A DNA stretch of 64,000 nt from positions 2,339,268-2,403,267 of the forward strand of contig CM119265.1 in the NCBI GenBank assembly GCA_051294375.1. The letters run 5' to 3'. The translations under genes were made by a program, and so were the position numbers. The notes beneath the pieces were generated by a model. The model saw nothing but the letters and a program-made list of their open reading frames with translations. It was not told the DNA's origin and ran no database searches. Shown here one piece after another: positions 51,456-63,948 of this stretch. The first letter of the stretch is position 1; each line of letters begins with the position of its first letter. Source of the stretch: Paraspadella gotoi (Eukaryota > Animalia > Chaetognatha).

Positions 51456-54400
51456 TATTCATTGGTGACACGAATTTAGGCGACTGTTCGCGCCACCTTT
51501 TGTTTGTAAAAAAAACTCATATGAAGAAGAAAAGACAAGTTTCCGATACATTGAGTGTCTACTGTCCAACGTAAACGGAAATAGATAAGAAAGTCTTTGC
51601 GGCGCCAACACGCATTGGAATATCCGTTCTTGTTTTTAAATAAAAGATGCATGAGTTGTAAACAAACTTCAAAATATTGTGGTAATCTATGACGTACGGA
51701 ACCTTTATTAACTTTTATTAACTTTGTCAACGATGTCAAAGTGTTATATCAAATCATATCACGTAAGATGATAAAAGGAAAAAAAATACATATCTAATTT
51801 TAATGGCAACTAAACGTGATATTAAAAGAAATCATGAGTCATTACATCCTAACATGCTTATTTAAACAAATATATGCAGCATGCAAAAATAAAATAAAAT
51901 TAAAAACTTTTGGGTTCCGCATTAAAAAAAAAGAAAACGACAAATGCAGAAACCGTAACACATATTTGCCTGAATTAATCGCTATCATGCTAAAGTTTTA
52001 TTGATAGTTTTTTTTTAACTCTATGTTTTTTATCGACTGTAGAATGAAAATACTTTTCATTTTTCGTTAAAAAAAGTATTGTACTATGTACTCAATATAT
52101 AAACAGTTTTGTCAAATTCTTTTTTTTCTTCTCATCTCTCAACTTCTCGTAACCCTGTCGAAGGCAGTGATTTTGATTCGGGTATTTTCAACAATGAAAT
52201 TGGAACTTAAATAACTATTATTTCTTTTTTTCCCACTGATAAATATGAAACACTCTTTATTAAAAAAACGGTTTGGCTATAGTTAACTTCTCCTTATGAC
52301 ATAGAACTTACTGGGTGAATTTCTATGCTTTCAAAATACGGTAAGACATGATTTCTTTCACGTCAATCATTCAATTACATATCTGCCATAATTAAGATGA
52401 AACTAAAACGATTTTTTTTTAGGTAAGAACAACTTTTAAAGATTAAATTGCTCGTCAGATCTATCGCGTTTTTTTAGATATACTACTGCTTAGGCAAAAT
52501 AACGGCACACTATATTTTAAAACTTTTTCCCTTTTTTTTCCAGTATTTTTTTTCTCTCTTTAACCTTCTGCTGTCTCTTCTTTTTCTCTCTTTCTCTCTG
52601 TCTTTCTCTCTTTCTCTCTGTCTTTCTCTCCCTTTCTCCTACTTTTCTGTCCTCATATTTTTGTGTCATCCCTTCATTTCTTCCTTAACCTTTATTTTCC
52701 TTCCTCTCAATCTCTGTTTTTCTCTCCTCTCTGATTCTCTTCTTTCCCTGTTGTTATTTTTTCTTTCTCTCAATTGTTCTCGTTTTCCCCCCTCTCCCCA
52801 TATATTAATTTCTTTCCACTCTTTCTCCTCTCCCTTCAATTTTTTTCACCCATTCTCTCTCTTCTCTCATCTTTTTCTCATTCTCACTCATTTTTGCATT
52901 CATATTCATACTGGATGTATGAAAATCTTTAAAATGTAATGTAAGAAAAAAAATCTAGGGTATTGTATGATTTTAGTGGAAGTTTGGTTGCCAAGCAGAT
53001 TTAAAAAGTCGACAGATTTTTGCGGAAATTTTTTCCGCAAAAAACCTGTCGATTGAGAGAAATTAATTTGCTGACGCTTCCCCTTTCAATAAAAGAAGGC
53101 GGTTTTTTTTAATTCGTCAACTTTAGTGTGTTTCTCATCTATTAAAACTATAAATAAGTCAAAAATCGAGCTTTAGTTCAAATAAAACGCACCTCACAAA
53201 TCCTCACAAATTAAAAGTAGGCTTAAAATTTTTTTTGCAGCTAAAGTATTAAATATTTTGCCCTAATTTTTTAGGTACCAGAAGCACCAACAATAGGGAA
53301 TATTTGATTAGAATTGTGGACATTTTGAAGTATTTTCGTTTAACAAATTGTAATAAAATGTAAAAATGTAAGTTTTTGACTAGTCAATTTAAAAATTAAT
53401 TCTATAGGCAAACAATAAATGACTAATGGCAAATGAAACCAACTCAGAGGTAAAGAAGATAAGAAGGACCCAAATTCCGGAGTAAAGAATTTTTCTTCAA
53501 TGATCTTGGCGTTCAAATCTCAAGACAAAAGTCAAAATGGACAAAAATGGACATGATTTTTTTTATTAAAAGTAGCAAAAATGATATTGATTCTTGATTA
53601 GAAAATGCGGCAGATGATTTCAATTAATCCGTAGTCTCGCCAAATTTGTCTTAGAGTTAAAATTTAATCATTTTTGTTGGTAATATTCTAACAATATTGA
53701 AAAAAGTGTTTTTTTTGCTAAATTCCTCGATAGAAATCACTGCCCGAAATACTTTTTTTTTAATTTAAAAAAAAAATATTGAATCATTTATCTTTTATAA
53801 TCATTACGACGTCACTAATTATATTTCGTTGTTGTTTTAATTCGGTTGTTGTAAAAGTTTATTCTAAATTAGAAATATAAATCTCGATTCTCATACAGTT
53901 TTACATGTACGCGACATTAAAATCTAGTTAATTGACAAAGTTAGTTCAAAGGTACACCTAACATAAATGATGAAACAAATCTCTTTTTTTTTTCGATTAA
54001 ATGTTCACCTGCTCTCACCTAAATTCAATGTGCTCATTTTTTTTTCACAACGATAAGTAGTTAGTCAATCAAGGAAACGCCGCTGCCGCCCCTGCCGCTC
54101 CGGCCGCTGCCGCCCCTGCCGCTTCGGCCGCTGTCGTCCCTGCCGCTGCCGCCGCTGCCGCTGCCGCCGCCGCTGAAGACGACAATTTTTTTTCTTCCCC
54201 CACACATTTTTTCTTAAATCGGAAAAACATTTTCTCGTGAGCCCCCTGCCTTTCGTCTAACAGTATTGACTATAGTATAGAATACTTTGTAGTTTGTATA
54301 TAGTAACAAAACGACTTTTATTGTAAATTTCGCTCGGAAAGATAAGCGTCGAACGTTTTGACTTTAGTTTATCATAAAAATTTAAAAATGAAAAAAAAAC

Positions 54401-54538
54401 AACAATTTTTCACTGACAGAAAACATAGATAAAAAGTCTAATTGATACAATACAAAAAAAAACAACCAAAAATTAAACAAAGAAGATAAAAAATAAATAA
54501 AAACAAAACAAAACAAAAAAACAAAAACAAAACAGAAA

Positions 54539-54611
54539 ATGACTTCGTTGCTGCCTCGAATCAACGCGTCATCGATCGCTCGTCGGCATACCTCGTTTTC
54601 TTCTTCAACTA

Positions 54612-54643
<32 letters not shown>

Positions 54644-54794
54644 ACGCCGCCACCGCCGCCGCAACGTCACCGTGACTACCATGGCGTCCGCCACGCCCCA
54701 ACGCCATCTATCAAGAAAGAGTTGGTGAGGTCAGGTTCCTTCAAATCGGAAGAAGAGATTCCTGAGTTTATCACCACCGAACAAATGAACAAGG
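54539..54794 (+). CDS. FAM162: FAM162 (DUF1075/HGTD-P) mitochondrial protein, exon 1
   Basis: HAPTPSIKKELVRSGSFKSEEEIPEFITTEQMNK matches the FAM162 'PTxxxKKxLxWSGRFKxxxEIPExVxxExxxxA' motif; |gtaagg donor, phase 1. Confidence 0.88.
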
Positions 54795-55133
54795 GTAAGG
54801 GAAGAGGCTCTCTTCTCCAAAGGCGCCTCATTTCTGTTTCCTTTATCTTTTAATCTTAACATCTAACCTAAGGCTAAATATGTTCTTTAACTTATGATCC
54901 AACCCCTAATCTAATTCTAATCTCTAACCCTATATCCAAGTCTTTAAACTTAATTCTTAATCATAATTACTAACGTAGTCCTAAATCTTAATCACTTAAC
55001 TAATCTTTAACTTCATCCATGTCCCAAATTTCAAACCAAATATCTTTACATTTCTTCAATCTATTGATCACAGCAGCACGATAGCTTGACCGGAAAATCC
55101 TTTTTTTTTATTTTCCCCAAATTTTACTTTCCT

Positions 55134-55165
<32 letters not shown>

Positions 55166-55699
55166 CATTATTTTCCATTTCATTATTTTCCATTCATTAT
55201 TTTCCATATTCCATTTCTCATTTTCCATTTCCATTTCCTTATTCTCCTATTTATTCCCCATTTTCCATTTCCTTATTTTCCATATTCCATTTCCTCATTT
55301 TCCATTTTCTTATTTTCCATATTCCATTTTCTCATTTTCCATTTTCCATTTCCTTATTTTCCAAATTCATTTTCCAATTTTCCTTTTCCTCATTTTCCAT
55401 TTTCCATTTCCTTATTGTCCATTTTCTATTTTCTATTTCATTATTTTCCTTTTCCTTATTTTCCATATTCCATTTCCTCATTTTCCATTTCATTTTTTTT
55501 CATATTGCATTTCCTCATTTTTCCATTCCTTATTTTCCATATTCCATTTCCTCATTTTCCATTTCCTTATTTTCAATTTTCCATTTCGTAATTTCCCATT
55601 TCCCAATTTCAATTTTCTATTTTCTATTTTTAAATTTTCTCATTTCTAATGTTTTACTTTCTCCCTTTTTTTCGATTTTCCACCACTCTCTACCTCCAG

Positions 55700-55917
55700 C
55701 GACAGGCTACCGCCGGATCCGCCTGGCGAATCGCCTGATCATCGCCACCATCTTCGCCTGTTACGTCACCATTCAATTTGCGAGGGCGGAGGCGGCGAGT
55801 GGCCGAAGTGTCACGCGTGACAATTTGGAGTGGCATCGGCAGCAAGGGGGAAAGGGCGGTGCGACGGGCGGAAGGAGCGTTGATGACGTTTTAGGGGACA
55901 AGCGCAAGGGAGACTGA
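55700..55917 (+). CDS. FAM162: FAM162 exon 2 (ATGYRRIRLANRLIIATIFACYVTI...DNLEWHRQQ...GD*)
   Basis: In-frame splice gives 157 aa with a single TM and the family's NLxxH/K tail. Confidence 0.88.
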
Positions 55918-55918
55918 A

Positions 55919-55954
<36 letters not shown>

Positions 55955-56463
55955 ATTTGCTTGTTAGTGTCGATGTTACGAAGAAATATAAAGAAAAGTA
56001 AATAACTTGAAATAAGTTAAAGTGTTCTTTTGTCTTCAGTTCGTATTCTATTTATTTTTTGAGGTCACCTTTCGTCGAAGTTACGTAAATGTACTTTTAG
56101 CTTTAAAACAAAACAACATCGACGCTATAAATTTATACGAGTACAAAGATCCGTCTTATTTCCTATTAAATTAAGTCTCTATCCTAGAAAAATTCATTAG
56201 CTCAAGTTTATAAAAAAAGAAAAATTGTATTTTTTTAATTTTTTAAAAACTTTTGTAGCCAGAATAGATTTAGGAAGAAGATAGAATTTAACTTTCTTCA
56301 TCTCATGGTTTCATTCTAAATTAAGATAAAAAGAAGAATTAATTAATAAAAAAAACCACAATAAACAAAATAAACAAATCACAAAAAAAAAAAGAAAACC
56401 AAAATCAAATTGCCACAAAATAAAACTCGCTCTCACGATGATCGTTCGCGTCGTTGATTTTTC

Positions 56464-56646
56464 ATGGCATCGTTTTTGACGCAAATGGCGATGACGCCGT
56501 CAAAGACCGGGGCGCTCAACGCAGTCCGGCGTCTCTCGGTTCTCACCGGGAACGCCGCCGGACGCCGAGTGGCGCCAGGGACACCGGGAACGCCGACGAG
56601 GGCGAGGGCGATGAGCAGCGGAGGAGACGAAGATGATTGGATGAAG
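56464..56646 (+). CDS. Gene A exon 1 (presequence-like, ends DDWMK); GC donor
   Basis: Arg/Ser/Ala-rich, acid-poor N-terminus. Same length (183 bp), phase and DWM[KR] end as exon 1 of the paralog at 63406. Confidence 0.75.
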
Positions 56647-56851
56647 GCGAGCGAGAGATAAGCTCCGATTGGTCAATTTGATGTGTCGCGATTGGTTGAT
56701 TCAGAAAAGGGAACGAGAAATGGGATATGATTGGTTAATAGAGAAAAGGGGAGCGAAAAGTTGTCGCAAAAGGCTATTCTCTGTAAATTAAGGTAATTAA
56801 ATATATTTTATACAAATCACATAAATAAAATGTCTTCATCTCTCGTCGCAG

Positions 56852-56957
56852 AATCGGGGAATTAAATCTTACAAAACTCGAGCGACGTCGATTCCTGATT
56901 ACGAAAGACAAAAAGATTTTGTCATCAAAAATGAGGAATATTCAGCAATGGATCACG
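56852..56957 (+). CDS. Gene A exon 2 (NRGIKSYKTRATSIPDYERQKDFVIKNEEYSAMDH)
   Basis: Homologous to paralog exon 63718-63832 (GIxxYKxRxTxIxxYER...EYS); gcag|...|gttgag boundaries. Confidence 0.8.
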
Positions 56958-57069
56958 GTTGAGTTGCTGTTGGTTGTGATTTTTGATGTTGTTGTTGTTG
57001 TTGATGGTGTTAATTAATAATGTTTCTGCTACAGTTATTGTTTTGACATTGATATCTCTCGATCACTAA

Positions 57070-57184
<115 letters not shown>

Positions 57185-57202
57185 CTCCCTTTCTCCCTCC
57201 AG

Positions 57203-57585
57203 AGACTCTTCTCTCATCCCTCCGCCAGTTCGAGCCCTCTTCGGGCCACGTCTGGCCGCAGTCCAAGGCCGACCACAGCCCGAGCGACTTCGATTCCACC
57301 GTCTACTCATCAACGAAGGCTGACAATGAAGTCTGGACGGAACAAGAACGACAACAACAACAAGAAAAAGGAAACGACGATTGCGTCATGAGCAACAACA
57401 ACAACAACGACAACTCAATCTTGGAAACCTACGTCGACATTCTCGCCGAGGAGCATAACGTCAACAACAACAATGAGAGCAGAAACTTCGCCAGCGGCAG
57501 CGGCAGCAGCGACAGCGGCAGCAGCGGCGGCAAGACAAGAGTTTGGAAGATCAAGACGAGTCCGACGATTGGTAAGCGAAAGGGT

Positions 57586-57616
<31 letters not shown>

Positions 57617-58441
57617 GCGGCGGCGGCGGCGGCAGCCTCGGCGGAGGACAAAGCGGAAAGAAAGATGACGGAAACGGGAAAGACAAGAAGAGCTGCAGCA
57701 TTGGCGGCGGCGCGAAAAGCAGCGGCGGAGCAGGCGGCGTCCGCGTCGGCAGCGAAGAGAACCCGTTCTGGTTAAAGGCGGATAAAAAGGCGGCGAAATA
57801 TAAGACCGCCAACAAAAGTGGCGGGAAAAACGCGAGGAAGAGCGAAGAATTTAGCGCTTCTTTTATCGCAAAGAAGAATTTCTCGATAAACGCGGGAAAG
57901 AAAAATGAGATGAAAGCAGAAAAGAGCAGCGGAGGGAGCAGCGCCGGATACAACGGAGGGAGCAGCGCCGGATACAGCGGGGAAAGTAGCGCCGGATACA
58001 ACGGGGAGAGCAGCGCCGGAAATGAGGTTGAGAAGGATTATTCTCTCGGCGGCGTTGAACTCAAGCGATGGGAACGAGTCGCCGACAAAGACGCCGCGGC
58101 GGCGTCGAGCGAAGAGACAATTGGCGTCGTCGGCGGCGACGGCGGTGACGGCGGCGTCGGAGTGATAAGCTCGACCGGAAACTCGTCCGGAGGAGGAGAT
58201 TCTATCGGCGGCGGTTTTGCCGAGATTCGACTTCGTCGGAACAATTCCTTCGTTATGGAAAGAAATCAGGAGACAAATAAAATAGAGTTGAAAATTGGCG
58301 CCGACGTTTATCCGCCGCTGCCGGAAGTAGTAGCCGCGGCGGCGGCGTCGGATACGGCGCCAGATGCTGCGACGGAAGATGCGGCAGAAGCTTCAGCCGC
58401 GGCGGAGGACGAGACGGCTCCGGCCGCTGCAATGGAAGAAG
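57203..58441 (+). CDS. Gene A exon 3 (ETLLSSLRQFEPSS..., Gly/Ser/Ala-rich)
   Basis: Extends ORF 57388-58467 upstream to a ccag| acceptor; phase 1/1; its start matches the paralog's ERLLSTLRQFQPGS. Confidence 0.8.
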
Positions 58442-58455
58442 GTCTATTTTTAATT

Positions 58456-58548
<93 letters not shown>

Positions 58549-58843
58549 ATAATAGATAGATCAATTAGATTACATTAGATTATTGAGAAGATTAGATTAG
58601 ATTCAAGTTGTCAATTATAAAATTTTATTAATTAAATAATTAACTTATTAACTAAATTCAATCACGCCCGTCATTGAAAAGACGTTAGTGTGATAGAACT
58701 TGGCTTATTTGGTGACAAATATTTAACAACTACATTATAATTTATATATAAATATACACTATCCTATATACTATTATATTACCGTATACGATTATAAATG
58801 GAACCAAACACTTTTCTGATTTTTCCATCTCTACTTTTATCAG

Positions 58844-61606
58844 ATTCCAACGCCGATAAGGAAGTCGTTGTCGCCGCTTCTGTATCACAAGGCGGCGTCG
58901 CCGGCGTCAAAGGTGCCGCCAGCGCCGCCAGCGCCGCCAGCGCCGGCATTACTGTTAGCGCCGCCAGAGCCGCCAGCGCATTTACCTCGACGATGAAAAC
59001 TTCCGAAGGATGGCGCCCTCATCCGTTCGATGCGATTTTCGAGGACGAGAATCTCGAGATTTTGTCTTCCAAAATGTCGGGCAAAAAAGACGACGATGTC
59101 GACAAATGCGCCACCGTCGACGTCGATGGCGCCGTCGTCGAGGACGCCGAGTTGAACGGCGTCGCAAATGTAGTCGCGGCGAGGAAAAAAGACGCCGCTA
59201 ATCGAGCGCGTTTTGGAAACGTCGCCGTTCAATTGCTTCAATCGGGCGTCGGGTCGACGACGACGCCGACGACGACGTCAACGACGCCGGAAGATTATCT
59301 CGACGATGGCAACGTGGAGAGCGCCGCGAATGCCAACAACGAAGCGACGCAGGAATTCCATCGACCGGCGTTGCCGACGCAGCGAGCAGCGGAGCCGCTT
59401 TTGGCCTCCGACGTTAACAACAGCGCCAGCTTTGCCAACAGAGGAAGCATCGAATTTTCCAGCGCCGACGCCGATGAGATGGCGGAAGTGGCATTTGCTC
59501 GACGACTGACTTTGGGATCGAAAACGTCAACGATGCCATCAACGATGCCATCAACGAGGCGACCATCGTCCGCCATTTGGCCAGTTCCATTTGGTGACTT
59601 TTTTGAAGCCACGCAGCGAAAAGATGCCGTCAGGTCGAACGTTTCATCAAGTGCCAGTTTTAGCGGCGCAAACAACGTCAATGCCGGGAATTCATTGAGA
59701 GCAGGTGGAAATGACAACGTCGGCTCCGACTTTGCCGCCGCCGACTCCGCTGCCGCCGATGCAGCCGCCGCTGCTGCCAAAGCCCGCCTCTATAAAACGT
59801 TGCAGTCGCGAGTTCAATCTCTGGATGTAAGAGTATCGATCGTTGAGGCGCAAATGGAGAAAAAGACTGGATCGCAGATATTAGATGGGGCAGAGGCGGT
59901 GGCGAAGGCCGCGGCGAAGATGGAGGCAGATAAAAAAAAGAAAAAGGCAGAGTTGGAAGCGGCAGAGGCAAAAAAAAAGGAGGCGGCGGCGCCGGTTGGT
60001 TTCGTTGCTGCCCCCGCAAAGTCAGACTCGTCTGGAGAATCCTCTTCGTCGCCGCCAAGAGGCGGAGGAGGCGGATTTGGCAAAATTGGCGCGAACGCCG
60101 ATCAGACTACTTGTTCCATCTCTGGAAAATGTCAGGCGCCATCGGCAGAGACGGTCGAGTGGCTGGAAAAGTGGAAGACGAGAGAAAAGGGGTCGTCGCC
60201 ACCAACAAAGGCGAACACAACAACGACCTCCTCTAACAACAACGATAATGGCGACCACTGGAAGTTGCTAGATCTGGTGCCAGCAAAGATTGGGTCCGGT
60301 ACGAAGCGAGAATTCGGCGGGATTGGTGCTGGGGCGCCTTACAAGCCACGGGGTGGGGATGAGAAGGGATCTTCATCGTCGGGAAAAAATCCAGAAGGAA
60401 GCAGCGACCTTTCCTTCTCCCAGGTGTACTGGGATCTTTGGTTGGAGAACGATTCTGCTGAGGGGAAGGGTTCAAGGCAAACCATCTCTGAGACAAAAAC
60501 CAATGAGCAGGATTGCAAGATAAGGGAAAGTCAACGATCATCTTGTCAGCAGAGCATGGAACAGAAAGAAGGCGTGCCCGAAACCCAGCTTTATTGGGAT
60601 CTCTGGTTAAAGGATGAGAAAGGAGCGATGCGATCATCTGAGATGCAGCAAATGATGCCGCCAGAAATGCAGCAAATGGTGCAAATGTCCGATAATAAGA
60701 TGGAGCAAAAAGCAGTGGAGCCAGATTCCAAGTTGTACTGGGATCTCTGGTTGCAGAATGAAAAGAAGGATGAACCAATGCAATCCTCACAATTTCATGA
60801 AAATCCAACAAGCGAAGACTCAAAACTGTATTGGGATCTTTGGTTAGAAACTCCAATTAATGAAAAGCAGGAAATCGAAGGAGCAGGAAAAGAGCAAGCA
60901 GTCAACCAAGAACCCGGAATGTATTGGGATCTGTGGCTGGAGAAGTTGCAAAAACGGGAAACCCCATCGATGAATGAGGTGCAAACTGTTGATGCCTCAT
61001 CGAAGAACCAGGAGCCCGGATTGTATTGGGACCTTTGGCTTGAAAAAAAGCCAGAGCAAGATAAGCTGCAAAAACAGCCGGCTGAGCAAGAAAGCGGCTC
61101 GGAATTGCAACAACCTTTGCCAAACGAAGACTCCAAACTTTATTGGGATCTTTGGTTGGACAACAAGCAACTTGAAAACGAGAGTTCAGAGGGACGAGCG
61201 TCGAAGGAAAAGCAAGAACAGATATTATTGGGTCCTTATCCTGTCGATGAGAAAGAAATCGATTCTGGGATGTACTGGGATCTTTGGCTGGAGAATAAAA
61301 AGCTCGAACAGCAACAGCATCTGCAACAACTACATCAACCACCTCCGGTCGATGTAGGGAAAAGAGACGTGGACAGACAGTTGTACTGGGATCTTTGGTT
61401 GGAAACTGACAAGAACAAAGTTGCGAGAAACGAGAAAGTTGGGAAGCGGGCAGTTGGTGCCGCTGGACTGGCGATGACAGGAGGAGGAGGAGGAGGAGGG
61501 GGTGGAGGAGGAAGAGGAGGGGGAGGAGGAGGTGGTGTCAAAGAAGTGGAAGGCGTTGGCGGGAAAGTCTCAAAAATCTTGGCCGGACTGGGATTCGTCG
61601 CTTTGG
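58844..61606 (+). CDS. Gene A exon 4: disordered region with nine YWDLWL motifs
   Basis: 2.76-kb open frame; atcag| acceptor in phase with 58441; G|gtgagg donor; synonymous variation among the motif copies. Confidence 0.85.
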
Positions 61607-61739
61607 GTGAGGCCTCATGGTTTGCCAGGTTTGATTCGTGAATTACGAATATTAATATTTATTTATAATACCTCCATGCTCTTCCATTCGTCTCCCTATC
61701 AACTGCCATGCCTCCCTCCATGCCTCCATGTCTTTCCAG

Positions 61740-62152
61740 GATTGTTCGGCTACACTCTTTACTCCGTTCCACACGAAGACATTGGAAGAGGAAAAAAGAA
61801 AAAGAAGGAAAAAGAGGAGGAATCTTGGTGGGGAGGAGGAGGAGGAGGTGGAGGAGGAAGTGGAGGAGGAGGAGGTGGAGGAGGAAGTGGAGGAGGAGGA
61901 GGAGGAGAAGCGGAAACTGGTCGGGCCGTAGCGGAATCGGAGAGCGGAGCGTGCGCGGTCACGGAGAGGGTAGGAGCGGTCACAGAAACGGTGACAGCGG
62001 TCGCTCAGAGGGCGGAAGCGGTTTCTGCGAGGAGAGGAGCGATTCTGGAGCGGAGAATAGGAGGAGAGGAGCGGAGAGGAAAGGGTGAGAAATTGAAGAA
62101 GCGGAGAGCGGAAATGTGCACGTTGAAGAATCACTGCTACAGCGTGACGGAG
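61740..62152 (+). CDS. Gene A exon 5, completing the TM segment ILAGLGFVALGLFGYTLYSVPHED
   Basis: ttccag| phase-1 join produces a continuous hydrophobic helix. Donor |gtgaga at 62153, with an alternative at 62085. Confidence 0.7.
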
Positions 62153-62267
62153 GTGAGAGGGGGAGAGAGAGGGGGGAGTGAGTGAGTGAGTGTGTGAGTG
62201 AGTGAGAGAGTGAGCGAGAGAGACAGACAGACAGTAAGAAAGAAAGAAAGAAAGAAAGAAAGAAAAA

Positions 62268-62305
<38 letters not shown>

Positions 62306-62331
62306 AGCTAATCCCTTTTCCTTTCCTTCAG

Positions 62332-62517
62332 CTCTCCGCTCAACCCGGAGTCCTCGTCTCAGAAGTTCCTTCGTCGATGTTGACGCCGGCGACGACGACA
62401 AAGAAGACGAGGACGACGACGACGACGACGACGAGGAAGCCCGAGTTGAGATCCTTCAAGAGCGAACGAATAGTGGAGGAAGGAGAGGAGAGGAAGTTGA
62501 GGAGGAGCGATTTGTGA
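62332..62517 (+). CDS. Gene A probable last exon (LSAQPGVLVSE...RRSDL*)
   Basis: ccttcag| acceptor, phase 0, TGA at 62515-62517. Total CDS 4890 nt = 1629 aa plus stop. Confidence 0.55.
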   Translation, partial: LSAQPGVLVSEVPSSMLTPATTTKKTRTTTTTTTRKPELRSFKSERIVEEGEERKLRRSDL

Positions 62518-63405
62518 GAGGAGAGAGGAGAGGGAGGAAGGAGGGAGGAAGGAGGGAGGAGGGAGGAGGAAATAGGAGAAAGGAGGAAAGAGGGAGGAGG
62601 AAAGAGGGAGGAAGAGGAAAGAGGGAGGAATAAGAAGAAAGAGGGAGGAGAGGAGGAAAGAGGGAAGAAGGAGGAAAGGAGGAGGAAAGAGGGAGGAAAG
62701 GAGGAAAGAGGGAGGAGGAAAGAGGGAGGAAAGGAGAAAGAAAGAGGAAAGGAGAAAATAGGGAGGAAAGAGGGAGAAAAGGAGGAAAGAGTGAGGAAGC
62801 TTGTAAAAGTTTTTTTTTCAAATTGAATTATTTAATATTCATAATATAATCACAATAAAAGTTTTAAAAGCTAAATTCTGAATACATCATCATGTTGAAA
62901 TCCCTGGCTGCTTACTTAAATAACATAATTCTTGAATTAAACGAACTTCTAGTCATTATTTACTGCTAGTGAGTTAGACCCATTGAATATTTTTCCCTAG
63001 ATAGAATCACAACTCTAAAACATTTGTAAAATTTTCACTTCGAGTTCATTTGTTCATCTGGTCGCATCGCGGCAATCGGGTGTTGCCGTCCCTCTAGCGG
63101 ATCGAGCGCGAAACTGTAGTTACGTTTAAAAACAAAATCGAAATTTATTGAAAGACTTGAAATTTACAGATCGTAATTGATCTCAATTTTTACTAACAAA
63201 ACTTTTGATAGAATTATTTTTGAACAAAAAAAATTAAGAAAACTTATCTTCTTTAATTTCGAGTTTTACCGACGAACATTTTTTTTAATTAGATTTCTTT
63301 TCCTCGTCTTTTTTTTATTTTTTACTCTTTTTCTAATTTATTAATTTTAATCAAAAGTCAAATGTTTTAAAAATTAAGACGGTTTTTGTTTAACCGCGTT
63401 TCAAA

Positions 63406-63588
63406 ATGACGCCGTGGAGGTCTTCCGTCCTCAGCGCAGCCTGGCGCCTCAGCGCCGCCAGCGGCAGATCGAGGACGCTGCAGGCGCCGCCGTCGACGCA
63501 GCCGCTGTCGCCGCTGACGCTGCTGATGAGAGGGAAATGCGACGAGCCTCCGAAGAAGAAAGAATTCACAGAGAAAGATTGGATGAGG
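63406..63588 (+). CDS. Gene B (paralog of gene A) exon 1, presequence-like, ends KDWMR
   Basis: ATG after aaa; Arg/Ser/Leu-rich; |gtgatt donor followed by (GATT)n. Confidence 0.8.
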
Positions 63589-63609
63589 GTGATTGATTGA
63601 TTGATTGAG

Positions 63610-63686
<77 letters not shown>

Positions 63687-63717
63687 AATTGATTGATTGA
63701 TTGATTGATTGACTCAG

Positions 63718-63832
63718 GTGATGGGCATCGAGGATTACAAGCCCCGAGGGACGGTGATCCACAACTACGAACGGCCGGAGCCCTACACAGGAAGAAGTCT
63801 TAAGACGGACGAGTATTCTGTCGCTGAACAAG
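63718..63832 (+). CDS. Gene B exon 2 (VMGIEDYKPRGTVIHNYERPEPYTGRSLKTDEYSVAEQ)
   Basis: ctcag|...|gtgatg boundaries; homologous to 56852-56957 with the same phases. Confidence 0.8.
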
Positions 63833-63901
63833 GTGATGACCGATTTGATGGGGCTGTTGCTGAAGCTGTAGGCTATTTACGTTTTAGTATACCTCTTTCT
63901 G

Positions 63902-63934
<33 letters not shown>

Positions 63935-63948
63935 GTCTCTCTCACCAG

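Noticed and set aside
55086-55649. 187-aa Phe/Ile/His-rich ORF
   Set aside because: (TTTTCCA)n-type minisatellite inside the FAM162 intron.
57415-61342. Antisense ORFs overlapping gene A
   Set aside because: Shadows of GC-rich coding sequence; the plus frame has splice, paralog and codon support.
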